The notes under the pieces: model-generated
The model's input: the letters and a program-made list of their open reading frames with translations, nothing else
What the model was told of the DNA's origin: nothing
Databases searched by the model: none
Shown here: in pieces, positions 19,795 to 30,372 of the stretch
Position numbering within the stretch: position 1 is the stretch's first letter
Layout: the number at the start of each line of letters is the position of its first letter
IMG/VR virus record: IMGVR_UViG_3300042887_005053
Location: 1-64,000 of that record
DNA: 64,000 nucleotides
Strand: one strand, 5' to 3'
Translations under genes and position numbers: made by a program

Positions 19795-20077
19795 TTGAAT
19801 TAATTCTTTCATCTCTTATCTCATCTGAATCTAGAAAATTTTTTTTGAACTCTTTCTCGTAAATCGGTGACCAAATAAACTCTCTTTCAGTTTGTATATA
19901 ATAATAAATCGGTGGAAACATATCTGTTGTTCCTCCTTTTTCGTGTTCTTCTGGTAGTCTAAATTTATAGTAAGATCCTTTTTTCCATTCAACATAATCT
20001 TCACCATAGTTTTTACCTTTTACTGGATAAAGATTAGTATTTTTTTTAAATACAGTTCGTTTACAATATACCTTCAT
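19784..20077 (-). CDS. Small protein with C-terminal tag
   Basis: Ends IRDERINSIIS. Confidence 0.7.
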   Translation of the reverse strand: MKVYCKRTVFKKNTNLYPVKGKNYGEDYVEWKKGSYYKFRLPEEHEKGGTTDMFPPIYYYIQTEREFIWSPIYEKEFKKNFLDSDEIRDERINSIIS

Positions 20078-20333
20078 TTACAATATCTGAAATTTTTTGA
20101 TCTCTGAGTTGAATAGATTGCCAATTTTTGAATTCTTCTTCATGAAACACTTTGTTTGCCAATTCCCAGACATGTTCCATTACTGTGTTTGGATCATTCA
20201 TTCCACCAAATTTACCTTCACAAATGTCTTTTTTTTCAATAGAAGTTAGAATAGAAATTGTTGCCAGTAGTAGTTTACCCTCAACTGAATCTGTGGTAAA
20301 GTACCCAAATTTACTATATTCTTCTTTTATCAT
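20061..20333 (-). CDS. Small protein with C-terminal tag
   Basis: LRDQKISDIV near the C-terminus. Confidence 0.7.
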   Translation of the reverse strand: MIKEEYSKFGYFTTDSVEGKLLLATISILTSIEKKDICEGKFGGMNDPNTVMEHVWELANKVFHEEEFKNWQSIQLRDQKISDIVNEGIL

Positions 20334-20361
20334 AATATCTCATCAATTTTTTTATCACGAT

Positions 20362-22197
20362 TTACTTTAACATTTCAATTTTTCTTAGTTCAGACTCTTT
20401 ACCAAACCAAATATTTAAATATTCTTTTGACACATCATCGGATGTTATTTGAGTCAGTCTTGGATTATTAATAATCTCAGAGTATTCTTCATCAACAAGT
20501 GCAGCCAAACCTTTTTTATACTCGATTTCCCAATCTTTTGTGTTAATACTACTTAACCATTTATTATATTCATCCTGAGTATAAAAAGATATTTTCTTTT
20601 TGGTCTTAATATTTTTAGAGACTACGATTGGAGTTTCAGCCTTAAATACCATTGGACTATCAAATAATTCTGGCCAGTATTTGAAAAGAAAATTAATCAA
20701 CAAACCAACAATTGATGATCCATCGTGATCAGCATCACAGTAAAAAAGAATTCTACCATATCTTAATGTACCAGGTATTACTTTTTGACCTAGTTTTAAG
20801 CCAAGTGCTCCCATTAAGTTTACAACTTCATTATTTTGTATGAGTTTCTGAGTATTGATCTCAGCAGCGTTTATAAACTTTCCTCTAAGTGAGAAAGCAC
20901 CTTGTGTTTGTGGATCACGGTATTTTCTAAATGCAGATGAAGCAGAATCTCCCTCAAATAAACTTAGACTACATCTCCATCTTTCTTTACCTTTAGCATC
21001 AATTAACTTATCAACTTTAATTTTGGCTAAATTCTTATTTAGTTCTCTAGCTAATTTATTTTCATCGGCACTTTTCTTTTGTTGAATCCAGTCTAATACA
21101 GAATTCACAATTTCAGATTTTAGTATAGATTTTATAAGTTTATCGGATACTTGATAAGTGAATCCAAAATCTTTTACTTCAGTAATTAGTTTCTCTTTAG
21201 TTTGAGAAGAAAAGCTTGGATTAACTACAGTTGAATTTAGAAATAAACATATATGATTCTTTAATTCAGATGGTTTAACATCAACTTTATGTTTCTTTTG
21301 AAAGAATTCTCTTAGTTGTGATAATATTTGATTTAAGATGTAATCAACATGACTTCCACCATCATAAGTATCAGTTGAATTGACAAATGATATTTGTTGA
21401 AATCCGTCTTCTGAGTTAGTGATAGCTAAAGACCAAGTTTTGTCTTTGTCACTCTCAAAAAAGAATTCTTCTTTGTAGAATCTAACATAATCCTCAAAAG
21501 ATTTGATATTAATTAATTCGTCATTGAAGTAAACTTTAATATTTGGGTTACAACCAGCTATGTCAATAACTCTTTTTTGAATCATCTTAAAGTGTGACTC
21601 ATCAAGATTTTGTAGTCCAAACTTTTCATAATCAGGACTATAAGTAATCTCGGTAAAATTTTTAGTGGATTTTTTTACTTTAGCAACAGTTCTTTCTCTC
21701 ATATTATTTGAAAAAGTCTGGACAAAAAGATTTTTACCATCACAAGTTTCTACTTTGAATTCTTTTGAATAAATATTAGTCAGAGTACTACCAACTCCGT
21801 TGGTCCCTGCTCCAGTACGACTTTCATCATCATTAAAGTTAGAACCAGCCTTTAGATTTGAGAATATCATTTCTGGAATCCATTCATTGTCTTCTTTGTG
21901 TTTCACAACTGGAATTCCACCATTATCCCAAATAGAAATAATACTATCTTTGACACTAACTTTAATTGTATTTAGTTTACTACCTTCTCTTTTGTATTCA
22001 TCAACTGAATTTGTTACTATCTCATCAAATATTTTCAAGAAACCAGGATTATAAGTGATTTCTTCAAGTTGCATCTTACCACTGTTATATAAAAACTTCT
22101 TAGATGTGTGCGGCTTGATAGATCCAATATACATACCAGGTCTAAGTAGTACGTGAGCTACATCATCTAATTTTTTAAACTTCTTTTCAATTGACAT
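20362..22197 (-). CDS. Type IIA topoisomerase ATPase/TOPRIM subunit (T4 gp39+gp60-like)
   Basis: RPGMYIGS, EIVTNSVDE, GTNGVG, EGDSA, DADHDG, KGL. Confidence 0.95.
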   Translation of the reverse strand: MSIEKKFKKLDDVAHVLLRPGMYIGSIKPHTSKKFLYNSGKMQLEEITYNPGFLKIFDEIVTNSVDEYKREGSKLNTIKVSVKDSIISIWDNGGIPVVKHKEDNEWIPEMIFSNLKAGSNFNDDESRTGAGTNGVGSTLTNIYSKEFKVETCDGKNLFVQTFSNNMRERTVAKVKKSTKNFTEITYSPDYEKFGLQNLDESHFKMIQKRVIDIAGCNPNIKVYFNDELINIKSFEDYVRFYKEEFFFESDKDKTWSLAITNSEDGFQQISFVNSTDTYDGGSHVDYILNQILSQLREFFQKKHKVDVKPSELKNHICLFLNSTVVNPSFSSQTKEKLITEVKDFGFTYQVSDKLIKSILKSEIVNSVLDWIQQKKSADENKLARELNKNLAKIKVDKLIDAKGKERWRCSLSLFEGDSASSAFRKYRDPQTQGAFSLRGKFINAAEINTQKLIQNNEVVNLMGALGLKLGQKVIPGTLRYGRILFYCDADHDGSSIVGLLINFLFKYWPELFDSPMVFKAETPIVVSKNIKTKKKISFYTQDEYNKWLSSINTKDWEIEYKKGLAALVDEEYSEIINNPRLTQITSDDVSKEYLNIWFGKESELRKIEMLK

Positions 22198-22310
22198 TCT
22201 AAACTTAAAATTTTTCTAATATATATTGTCTCACTAAATTTGTTTTTATAAACTTTAGAAACCTAATAGATAAAAACTTATATATTGATTAAAAATAAAA
22301 GTTCATATTG

Positions 22311-23654
22311 ATGTCGTCTACTAAAACAATTACTCAGTTTCTTTCACAAGAATATAAAGAATTTTCACTCTACACGATTGAGAATAGAGCTATTCCTTCA
22401 GTCATTGATGGTTTCAAACCAACTCACAGAAAAGTCATACACGCTTGTAATAATATTTGGAAAAATGGTTCTGAAAAACCACTTAAAGTTTTTCAATTAG
22501 CTGGAAAAGTAGCATCAGATGTTTTTTATCATCACGGAAACGCATCTTTAGAATCATCAATTATTACTATGGCTCAAGGTTTCAAGAATAATATGGCACT
22601 TCTTGAAGAAATCGGTCAGTTTGGTTCACTTAGATCACCTGAACCAGGTGCTGCAAGATATATTGGCACCAAATTAAATAATAACTTTAGATTACTTTAC
22701 AAAGACTTTGAACTTTTAGAACATAAAGAAGAAGAAGGATTTGAAATAGAACCAAAATACTTTCTACCAATTATACCAACTGTCTTAATCAATGGTTCTT
22801 CTGGTATCGCTGTTGGATTTTCTTCAAACATTCTAAACAGAAATCCAAATGAAATAATAATTGCTTGTGAAAACATAATAAAAGGCAAAAAAATATCTGA
22901 TGTTAAGCCTTTTAATAACTTCTTCAAAGGTGAATATATTCAAGATACAGATAATCATAAAAAGTGGTTTATAAGAGGTAAAGTAGAAAAAATTAACACA
23001 TCAACTGTCAAAATTTCTGAATTACCACCATCGATGACTTATGAGAAATACGAAAACATCTTAGATGCTTTAGTTGAGAATAAAACTATAGTAAGTTACG
23101 ATGATAACTGTAAAGATAGTATTGATTACACTATTAAGTTCACTCGAGAATCATTAGCTCAGTTAGATGATGATAAGTTATTCAAAGTTTTGAAGCTTGA
23201 AGAAACAGAAACAGAAATATTCACAACTTTAGATGAAAACGGAAAGTTAAAAATATTTGATAGTAGTAAAGACATAATTGAATACTTTGTTAATTTCAGA
23301 TTAGAATATTATGTTAAAAGAAAAGACTTTTTACTTAACAAGTTAAGACAAGAGTTAAAGGTCTTAGCTAATAGAGGTAGATTTATTAAGTTTATTTTGG
23401 ATAATAAATTAGAAATAAAAAACAGGAAAAAAGCTGAAATCGTTTATGATTGTGAGAAATTAGGATTAGAAAAAATGGATGATTCATTTGATTATCTTTT
23501 AAGAATGCCAATCTGGTCTCTAACACAAGAATTGTTTGATAAGTTAAAAGATGATTATAGATCTAAGAAAGTAGAAGTAGAAGAACTAGAAAAGATTGAA
23601 CCAAAAGATATGTATCTTCAAGATTTAACTGAATTAAAAAAGAAGCTAAAATGA
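22311..23654 (+). CDS. Type IIA topoisomerase breakage-reunion subunit (T4 gp52-like)
   Basis: RAIPSVIDGFKP, YHHG, AARY catalytic Tyr, NGSSGIAVG. Confidence 0.95.
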   Translation: MSSTKTITQFLSQEYKEFSLYTIENRAIPSVIDGFKPTHRKVIHACNNIWKNGSEKPLKVFQLAGKVASDVFYHHGNASLESSIITMAQGFKNNMALLEEIGQFGSLRSPEPGAARYIGTKLNNNFRLLYKDFELLEHKEEEGFEIEPKYFLPIIPTVLINGSSGIAVGFSSNILNRNPNEIIIACENIIKGKKISDVKPFNNFFKGEYIQDTDNHKKWFIRGKVEKINTSTVKISELPPSMTYEKYENILDALVENKTIVSYDDNCKDSIDYTIKFTRESLAQLDDDKLFKVLKLEETETEIFTTLDENGKLKIFDSSKDIIEYFVNFRLEYYVKRKDFLLNKLRQELKVLANRGRFIKFILDNKLEIKNRKKAEIVYDCEKLGLEKMDDSFDYLLRMPIWSLTQELFDKLKDDYRSKKVEVEELEKIEPKDMYLQDLTELKKKLK

Positions 23655-23893
23655 AAGTAATTTGTGTAAGTAATATAAGTTGGGAGAGATTGCCACTTAC
23701 TGTTGGTGACATGTATGATGTAATTGAAAAAGTTAATATACCATTTTCACCCACTAGATATGATGATCAAAGTGGTCCATTTTACAAAATAAAGTGTGAT
23801 AACGGTGAAGAGAAACACATTGATTCTGATAGATTTCGTGAGTTGACTTTAGATGAAAAAAGAGAATTAAAGCTCAAAGAATTAGATATATGA
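23651..23893 (+). CDS. Small protein with C-terminal tag
   Basis: Ends KRELKLKELDI. Confidence 0.7.
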   Translation: MKVICVSNISWERLPLTVGDMYDVIEKVNIPFSPTRYDDQSGPFYKIKCDNGEEKHIDSDRFRELTLDEKRELKLKELDI

Positions 23894-24153
23894 TATATCC
23901 TTCAAGAGTTAAAGGCAAAGAATATCCGCTCAAAAAAGGAGATATTGTTGTTTGTATAACTCTCTATTTTGAAGAGTTTACTTATGGAAAGCAATACAAA
24001 CTTTATAGTGATACTCTTGGGTCGATTCTTCCGATAGAATCTGACTTTGGAAATCTACCTCTTCCTTCATACTACAGTCCAACTGGTTATTACTTTTTAC
24101 CTCTTGAAATTTGGCGTGAACTTAAAATAAATAAAGTCTTAGAAGTTGATTAG
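23890..24153 (+). CDS. Small protein with C-terminal tag
   Basis: Ends WRELKINKVLEVD. Confidence 0.7.
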   Translation: MIYPSRVKGKEYPLKKGDIVVCITLYFEEFTYGKQYKLYSDTLGSILPIESDFGNLPLPSYYSPTGYYFLPLEIWRELKINKVLEVD

Positions 24154-24225
24154 TATCTTATAAAGATTTAACATCTTAAATCAAATAAAATAGGTTATTT
24201 TTTGTATATTCGTAATATATACATT

Positions 24226-24708
24226 ATGAGAACTAGTTTATTATATCGTAGTCAAAATTTTACACAATCAGATATTGAAGATATAGTAAATTTTATTGAT
24301 TCATTAAACGAGTCAACATTAAACACTAGAAAAATTTCATTTCTAACAGTAGAAATACTACAAAATATTATCCATCATTCAGATAGTGATAAAAACGGTG
24401 CTACATACGCTTATTTTGAATTGCTAAAAGAAGATAACACTTATGTAATTAAAAGTGGTAATTTAATAACAAAAGAAAATTCTAAATCTTTAGAAAAAAG
24501 TCTAAAGAATCTAACTTCATTAAGTGAAGAAGACATTAGATCACAGATAAAAGAAAAGCTTTCTGAAGAAGGATTCACCGAAAAAGGAGGAGCTGGAATT
24601 GGTCTTTTGTCAATTCACAAAAGAACTAATAAAGGATTAGATTATACTTTAGAGTACTTTGAAGGTGACTATAATTTCATTCATTTTGAATTGGTTATAT
24701 CATTGTAA
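24226..24708 (+). CDS. SiaB-family GHKL kinase-like protein (start revised)
   Basis: VEILQNIIHH, SGNLI, KGGAGIGLLSI; GTAATATATA 4 nt upstream. Confidence 0.75.
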   Translation: MRTSLLYRSQNFTQSDIEDIVNFIDSLNESTLNTRKISFLTVEILQNIIHHSDSDKNGATYAYFELLKEDNTYVIKSGNLITKENSKSLEKSLKNLTSLSEEDIRSQIKEKLSEEGFTEKGGAGIGLLSIHKRTNKGLDYTLEYFEGDYNFIHFELVISL

Positions 24709-24784
24709 AAATTTTTCAAAAAAATATCTAAATTTTGTAAAAACAGACAGATATTTCTGATATATAACATTAAATTCCTTTATC

Positions 24785-24967
24785 ATGCAATTCTTTTGTT
24801 ATATCTTCGGACATAAGTGGTCTCACTGGAGATTCATTCGTGCAATTGGTAGATATGACGAAAAACTAGATCGTAAATGTTTACGATGTTCTAAAGTTGA
24901 GAATTATGTTGGTTTAACTGAATGGGATAGAACAGGTAAAGTTCCTTTTTTAATTAAATCAAAATGA
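24785..24967 (+). CDS. DUF1660-like small Cys/His protein
   Basis: CYIFGHKW...CLRC. Confidence 0.6.
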   Translation: MQFFCYIFGHKWSHWRFIRAIGRYDEKLDRKCLRCSKVENYVGLTEWDRTGKVPFLIKSK

Positions 24968-25542
24968 TAACCAAAAATACCAAAAGAATAATCATAATAA
25001 ACTTATTGGTTTATTTATTAGTTGAGCTTTCTGTTAAATTCAATATTTATACACTTGGTCTTTGGTTTTTTTATATGATTGGATGGCCGCCAAGTTCTGA
25101 GTTTTTCTTACCATTTCAGTCAGTAAGTTATCAGTTTATACATAGTGGTTTTTATCACTTACTTATGAATATGTTATCTTTATTTTATTTTGGTTCACAA
25201 GTAGAGAAAAAAATTGGTTCAAATAAATTTTTAATATTCTATATAGTATGTGGAATAGTTTCAGAATTTTTTCATTTTCAATTCAGTGACTCACCAATAG
25301 TTGGTGCTTCTGGTTCGATATGGGGTATGTTAATACTTTATTGGTATTTCTATAAAAATGATTTTCTTTCTATAGTTTTTTTTGAAGTAAGAGTAAACAC
25401 ATTATTTACACTTCTTCTTCTTTCTGAAATACTTTCGGTGATATTTATTTTAGATTCTAATGTTTCACACATAGCTCATTTAGGAGGAGCTTTCGCTGGA
25501 TTATGTTTGCTCTTAATAAATAAATTTTTGGTGAAGAATTAA
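24964..25542 (+). CDS. Rhomboid intramembrane serine protease
   Basis: FIHSGFYHLLMNM, GASG, AHLGG. Confidence 0.92.
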   Translation: MITKNTKRIIIINLLVYLLVELSVKFNIYTLGLWFFYMIGWPPSSEFFLPFQSVSYQFIHSGFYHLLMNMLSLFYFGSQVEKKIGSNKFLIFYIVCGIVSEFFHFQFSDSPIVGASGSIWGMLILYWYFYKNDFLSIVFFEVRVNTLFTLLLLSEILSVIFILDSNVSHIAHLGGAFAGLCLLLINKFLVKN

Positions 25543-25572
25543 TTTTTATTATCTTTGTAAAAATTAAATTTC

Positions 25573-25923
25573 ATGACTATTCAAAAATTCGATAAAACTG
25601 AAACTGTATTAAATCACTGCGACCGTCAAATTCACAAAGCAATCGCTGAAGGAAAAAGCTTTGATTTTATAATTGCTGATTTGAAAGACAAATACAAGAA
25701 ATTTCAAAAAGTCAGACAAAACTGTGATTCAGATCAAGTAAGATATAAATATCTTTATACTCTTACTAGAGTCTATAAAAAAAGAATTAAAGACTTATAT
25801 GACGCAAAAGGCTTATCGAGAAGATTTGAAGAATATTCTAACTATTCACAGAAAAAATTATTTAATCTAATACAGTTTAGAGACAAATTATCACCTAAAA
25901 AGTTTAGTGTTACAATCTCCTGA
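25573..25923 (+). CDS. Basic early hypothetical protein
   Basis: TATCTTTG at 25550-25557. Confidence 0.65.
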   Translation: MTIQKFDKTETVLNHCDRQIHKAIAEGKSFDFIIADLKDKYKKFQKVRQNCDSDQVRYKYLYTLTRVYKKRIKDLYDAKGLSRRFEEYSNYSQKKLFNLIQFRDKLSPKKFSVTIS

Positions 25924-26623
25924 TAATGTTTTCAAATAAACTAACATCAAAACCTTGATTTCTGATATTATTCATAGCATCATTTAAGGCATTTCTGTCA
26001 ATGTAATTTGAAAGATTGGCCTCTTTTTCTGCTAAAGTGATGCTTCTTTCATCAATTGATGTCTTAAAGAATTGTAAAGAATCAGATCTTTCTTGAAGTT
26101 CCACTTGAAGTGAATTCAACTGTGACTCTCTATCATTGATGCTCTTTTCTTTGATTTCTAGTTCATTTTGTCTATCACTTAAAGACTTTAATTGATCCTC
26201 TAAATATTGTTCAGTAACAGCAACCTTTCTTAGTTTTGAATCTAGTTCTAATTCCTTTTTGATAACTTCTTCATTAGAAGTATTTTCGACTTTAACTTCT
26301 TTCACTACTTCTTTAACAACCTCCTTAACTACTTCTTGTGTTTTGTTCAAGAACATTGTTTCTATAAAAGGAACAAGTTTTTTTGTAACAATTGCAGGTT
26401 GAGCTACTTTCTGAAGTTTAAGATGTGTATTCAATTCTTCTTTCCAGTCTATAAAGGAAAAATAATCTTGGTTATTATCGATTATTTCTTTTTCAACTTT
26501 AACAGTCTCTCCTTTACTTTTATAAGTAAAGTCTTCGATGATGGTTTTAGCTTTTAGTGTTATAATTTTTTTATCTGATGTGACTAATTGAAAGTCTTTC
26601 AAAACCTTATGTTTTACTGACAT
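25910..26623 (-). CDS. Coiled-coil protein with EVVK repeats
   Basis: EVVKEVVKEVVKEVK; CAATATATA upstream. Confidence 0.7.
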   Translation of the reverse strand: MSVKHKVLKDFQLVTSDKKIITLKAKTIIEDFTYKSKGETVKVEKEIIDNNQDYFSFIDWKEELNTHLKLQKVAQPAIVTKKLVPFIETMFLNKTQEVVKEVVKEVVKEVKVENTSNEEVIKKELELDSKLRKVAVTEQYLEDQLKSLSDRQNELEIKEKSINDRESQLNSLQVELQERSDSLQFFKTSIDERSITLAEKEANLSNYIDRNALNDAMNNIRNQGFDVSLFENIIRRL

Positions 26624-26691
26624 TTGTAAAAAGTTTTTATTTTATATATTGGTTTTTTTTATTTTTGTTTATATTTTCATATCTTTGTTTC

Positions 26692-27159
26692 ATGAATGTC
26701 GCAAACTCACCTGAGATGAATAAATTGTTGAATCTAATTAGATTCAACTGTAACTTCTCTGATTACTGTGATAATAAGTTGATAGATCAGTCACCAGATT
26801 ACTTGATTGAAAAGTATAGTCATTGGATTTCATTTGATCCTGTTACAAGGTTTCCTTATTATACTCCTGATTCTTGTAGTAACTTCATAACGAAATATTA
26901 CAAAAGATGGGGATCTGAAAGAAGTGAGTTAGTCAGAAGAGAGTTACTTTATTTAGAGCAGTCTAAACATCTTAATTTATTAACAATGGTTAGATTATTT
27001 GAAACTTATTTTGGTCCAATTCATAAGATTAGTCCTAATCCTAAGAAAGGTTTACATGTCAACATTGAAAATGAATTTATACCACATGTAATAGAGAAAA
27101 ATAAAAATAATTTGAATGTAATTTTGAGAGACTTACAAATAGAACAACTCATAAAATGA
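26692..27159 (+). CDS. Early protein with C-terminal tag (start revised)
   Basis: TATCTTTG 4 nt upstream; ends LRDLQIEQLIK. Confidence 0.7.
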   Translation: MNVANSPEMNKLLNLIRFNCNFSDYCDNKLIDQSPDYLIEKYSHWISFDPVTRFPYYTPDSCSNFITKYYKRWGSERSELVRRELLYLEQSKHLNLLTMVRLFETYFGPIHKISPNPKKGLHVNIENEFIPHVIEKNKNNLNVILRDLQIEQLIK

Positions 27160-27542
27160 ATAAAGATAGTAAAATAATAGTCTCTGACGAATTTGTAAAA
27201 GCTTATAAGCTTTTTAATGTAATTAAACTTGATTTATCTAATCTATCAAGACAAGAACTACTCTTACTTTTAGTAGTAGCGGTAGATGTTTTCAGTGAAG
27301 AAAACTCAGTAGTAATCGACAATTTTAGACCATTTCAATCTGAAATTAATATTATCTTAGATTTATTATCAGATAAAGACATTGATGATCCAGATTTACT
27401 TAATCTTGCTAATTTAACTAATGAGAAGTATATAGATACCTCTAAAATAGAAGATAGCTTAGGAAACGATCTACCAAAGCCACTGACTAATAATGAAGCT
27501 ATTGAAATGAGGAGAACTATTGGAATTGACAAATTAATTTGA
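27156..27542 (+). CDS. Hypothetical protein with C-terminal tag
   Basis: Ends RRTIGIDKLI. Confidence 0.65.
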   Translation: MNKDSKIIVSDEFVKAYKLFNVIKLDLSNLSRQELLLLLVVAVDVFSEENSVVIDNFRPFQSEINIILDLLSDKDIDDPDLLNLANLTNEKYIDTSKIEDSLGNDLPKPLTNNEAIEMRRTIGIDKLI

Positions 27543-27582
27543 TTAATTTTTTATTATTAATTTTTTTACTTATATTTGTATT

Positions 27583-28764
27583 ATGAAAGAAGAAAGCACT
27601 CAACCAGTAATTGGTGAATTCAAAACAAAAGAAAAATTCGTCGAGTTTATTGGTGTTAAAGGTAATATTAACTTTATATCTAATGAAGCAACAATAGATG
27701 GTAAATACTTGTCTGGTTTAGAACTTGATGGTATAATTTTCAAATTGACTATTTGTGATGAAAACACTGTTAACTTTGAGGAAGTAAACACCTCTAAGAC
27801 AACGGTTGAACAAAGACAAAGGTTACTTGATATAATTTCAGAAAAAACAATATCTCCTATTCGTAAAAGAATGGTTGTATCTGAATTGCCATTTATATCA
27901 GTTCAGAAAATCAAAGATAAAAATATAGATCTTTATCTATCAGTAGACTATCAAAGACCAATTGACAAATTAGCCAGTATTTTCTTTGATGATGAAGATA
28001 CCTCACAAGATAACTTACAAAACATGAATATTAATAAAGAACAAGTCTCTAAAATTGATACATTATTTTCTCTATTTGAAGATGATGATACAACTACTGA
28101 TGTAGAAGTAGAAAAAATTGAAGAAGTTGAAGTTGTAGCAACTGAGCCTATTTACGATTACAATAGACAAATTCAAGAGTCTTTTGCTAAAGTAAAGCAA
28201 GAAAAGATTGATGAACTAGAGTCAAGACTTTCAAACAAAAACAAAGAACTTAAAAGATTCACTCAAGACTTAAATCTATCTACGAAGAAAGTAGAAGAAT
28301 GTAAAGATGAAATCGAACTTTTACAAGACAGATTAGATGATCTAAAACCACAAGCCGATTTTAATGGATATTACTTCAATGTATCTGAAATGCTCAACGA
28401 AAAAGTAATTTTAGAGCCAGAAGTCGAAGAGATCATCAAATCCAAGGTTTCAAAAATCAAAAGTATAAATCTAGAAGCATTTATGAAGTTATTCGAACAA
28501 GGCGAATACAAAATCAAACTAGGTGTATCTCAAGAAGATAATATTGTTGAAGTTGAAGACTATAATAAACTACCAGAGTCCATACTTAAATCACTTTCTG
28601 AAATTAATCTACAATTGGTTGATAATGAACTATCTTTTGTAGGTGAACTAACTTGGGGTGAAATTGTAAATAAAATGGTCAAGCTAGGGTTTGGACAAGA
28701 CTCTAATTTTGATAAAAACTGTGGTTCAAATTCTTATAAAACAAATAATAACGAAATTATATAA
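27583..28764 (+). CDS. Early coiled-coil protein
   Basis: Central heptads; TATATTTG at 27571-27578. Confidence 0.75.
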   Translation: MKEESTQPVIGEFKTKEKFVEFIGVKGNINFISNEATIDGKYLSGLELDGIIFKLTICDENTVNFEEVNTSKTTVEQRQRLLDIISEKTISPIRKRMVVSELPFISVQKIKDKNIDLYLSVDYQRPIDKLASIFFDDEDTSQDNLQNMNINKEQVSKIDTLFSLFEDDDTTTDVEVEKIEEVEVVATEPIYDYNRQIQESFAKVKQEKIDELESRLSNKNKELKRFTQDLNLSTKKVEECKDEIELLQDRLDDLKPQADFNGYYFNVSEMLNEKVILEPEVEEIIKSKVSKIKSINLEAFMKLFEQGEYKIKLGVSQEDNIVEVEDYNKLPESILKSLSEINLQLVDNELSFVGELTWGEIVNKMVKLGFGQDSNFDKNCGSNSYKTNNNEII

Positions 28765-28771
28765 TTAATCT

Positions 28772-29401
28772 ATGGCAAAACTAATACTCACAACAGTAAT
28801 TTTCATCTTCAGTATTATTCTATCAGGGTTAGCAATTTTAATTGATTTGCATCAAATGACTGGTATATCTTTTTCACTTTGGCTAATAATTTTCGGAGTT
28901 TTAGGGTATTCTTATTACAAGTATAAATTCAAGAAAATTAGTTTTTTCAGAATGTTTATCTTTAGAGAGTATTTGAAAGTCAATAATTTCTTTCAAAAGA
29001 TTGATAAATCTGTTACCTATGAAAATAAGGATCAAAAAGTCAACCCAATCGAAGAAAAAGCCATCAAACTCTGGAAGATTTATCTTAAAGACAAAGACAG
29101 TTATCTTTCTTGTTCTATCTCAAAGGGAACTCGTCAAATAGAAAAAGATAATCTTTTGTTATTACTTAGTCCACAAGAATACGATGATTATTTAATGACG
29201 ATCATTGAAGCTGAATATGATAAAAGTCATTTATACGAAGTAGTTATTTCAAGAAGAAATACTAGTGTGGTGATGAGTTCATTTGACAATGAGAATGAGA
29301 AAAGAATGAAAGGTTCTGAAGATGATAAAAGAAATTCAATTCATACTGAACTTGATAGTCTGCTTGAAATAGCGATGAACAAAAAACCTCAGAAAGTCTG
29401 A
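28772..29401 (+). CDS. 2-TM membrane protein
   Basis: Two N-terminal TM helices. Confidence 0.7.
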   Translation: MAKLILTTVIFIFSIILSGLAILIDLHQMTGISFSLWLIIFGVLGYSYYKYKFKKISFFRMFIFREYLKVNNFFQKIDKSVTYENKDQKVNPIEEKAIKLWKIYLKDKDSYLSCSISKGTRQIEKDNLLLLLSPQEYDDYLMTIIEAEYDKSHLYEVVISRRNTSVVMSSFDNENEKRMKGSEDDKRNSIHTELDSLLEIAMNKKPQKV

Positions 29402-29410
29402 GGTTTTTTT
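29381..29410 (+). terminator. Intrinsic terminator
   Basis: AAAAAACCTCAGA-AAG-TCTGAGGTTTTTT. Confidence 0.88.
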
Positions 29411-29442
29411 ATTTATGAGAATATTTTTTTAATATATATTTT

Positions 29443-29688
29443 ATGAACATTAAAAAATTTAATCAATTCTCATTAGTTATGGAATCTGAAACTATTAGTT
29501 TTCTCAAAGGCTTAAAAAAGCCCGAGATAAACAGTGATTTGAATGATCTTTTTAGAAGTAATGACTTCTTGGAAAGAAAAGAGTTAATTGAAGACATCCT
29601 ATTAGAAATAGGTGATATAGTAGATGATGAACAATATCACAAAATTGAAGATGAATTAAATTCAGAATTTTTACAAAAAAATAACTAA
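29443..29688 (+). CDS. Small late protein with CTS-like N-terminus
   Basis: MNIKKFNQFSLVMES; TTAATATATA 4 nt upstream. Confidence 0.7.
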   Translation: MNIKKFNQFSLVMESETISFLKGLKKPEINSDLNDLFRSNDFLERKELIEDILLEIGDIVDDEQYHKIEDELNSEFLQKNN

Positions 29689-29692
29689 ATAT

Positions 29693-30313
29693 ATGATTAC
29701 GCAAGATATTAGAACTAATATTAACAAAATCGATTTCGATTTGAAAAACTTATTTGAAAGTGTTAAGATCGAAGAAAAAACATCTGGTAATCAGTTTTAT
29801 TTTGAAATAATAGCAAATTCAACATTTGTAAATGAATCAAATGAGTGTAAAAGAGCTCAAGTAATCGTGAATATCGACAAAAGAGATTTGTCAAGTAATT
29901 TTATTACTTGGTCTTACAAGTCTAATCCATTGCTTGAATCGTCATATATTGTGGAGAGAGTTTCTAAAATTGATACTATTGCTAATGATATACATAATGT
30001 CATTGTTGAAAAAAGAATGGATAAAGACTATCTAAATTCATTAGAAGTCATACAAGAGACTATAAATGAGTCAACAGTCGAAGTAAAAGAAGAAACATTA
30101 GTAGAAAAACTTCAGAGTGTTCTAAATCAATTTGGAATAGAAACTACTAAAGTTGAAAATGAAATAACTGAAAACTCAAAAACTGTTAGGTTATTTTTAG
30201 AGAAAAGCTTAAAGTTCTCAGAAATGTTTCAAATTGAGAGTTCTTTCAATAGTAAACCAGGAGTTGACTGGACAGTTTTCAAAGAAGGTTTTATTGAGGT
30301 AAAATATCAATAA
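29693..30313 (+). CDS. Hypothetical late protein
   Basis: Several VNES/LLES/INES sites. Confidence 0.7.
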   Translation: MITQDIRTNINKIDFDLKNLFESVKIEEKTSGNQFYFEIIANSTFVNESNECKRAQVIVNIDKRDLSSNFITWSYKSNPLLESSYIVERVSKIDTIANDIHNVIVEKRMDKDYLNSLEVIQETINESTVEVKEETLVEKLQSVLNQFGIETTKVENEITENSKTVRLFLEKSLKFSEMFQIESSFNSKPGVDWTVFKEGFIEVKYQ

Positions 30314-30317
30314 AAAA

Positions 30318-30349
30318 TTTGTTTTTTCGGAATTATTAACTTATATTTG
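30318..30349 (+). promoter_or_regulatory. Early promoter (Bacteroidota -33/-7)
   Basis: TTTG-N20-TATATTTG. Confidence 0.8.
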
Positions 30350-30372
30350 TATCTAATAATAAAAATTATTCT

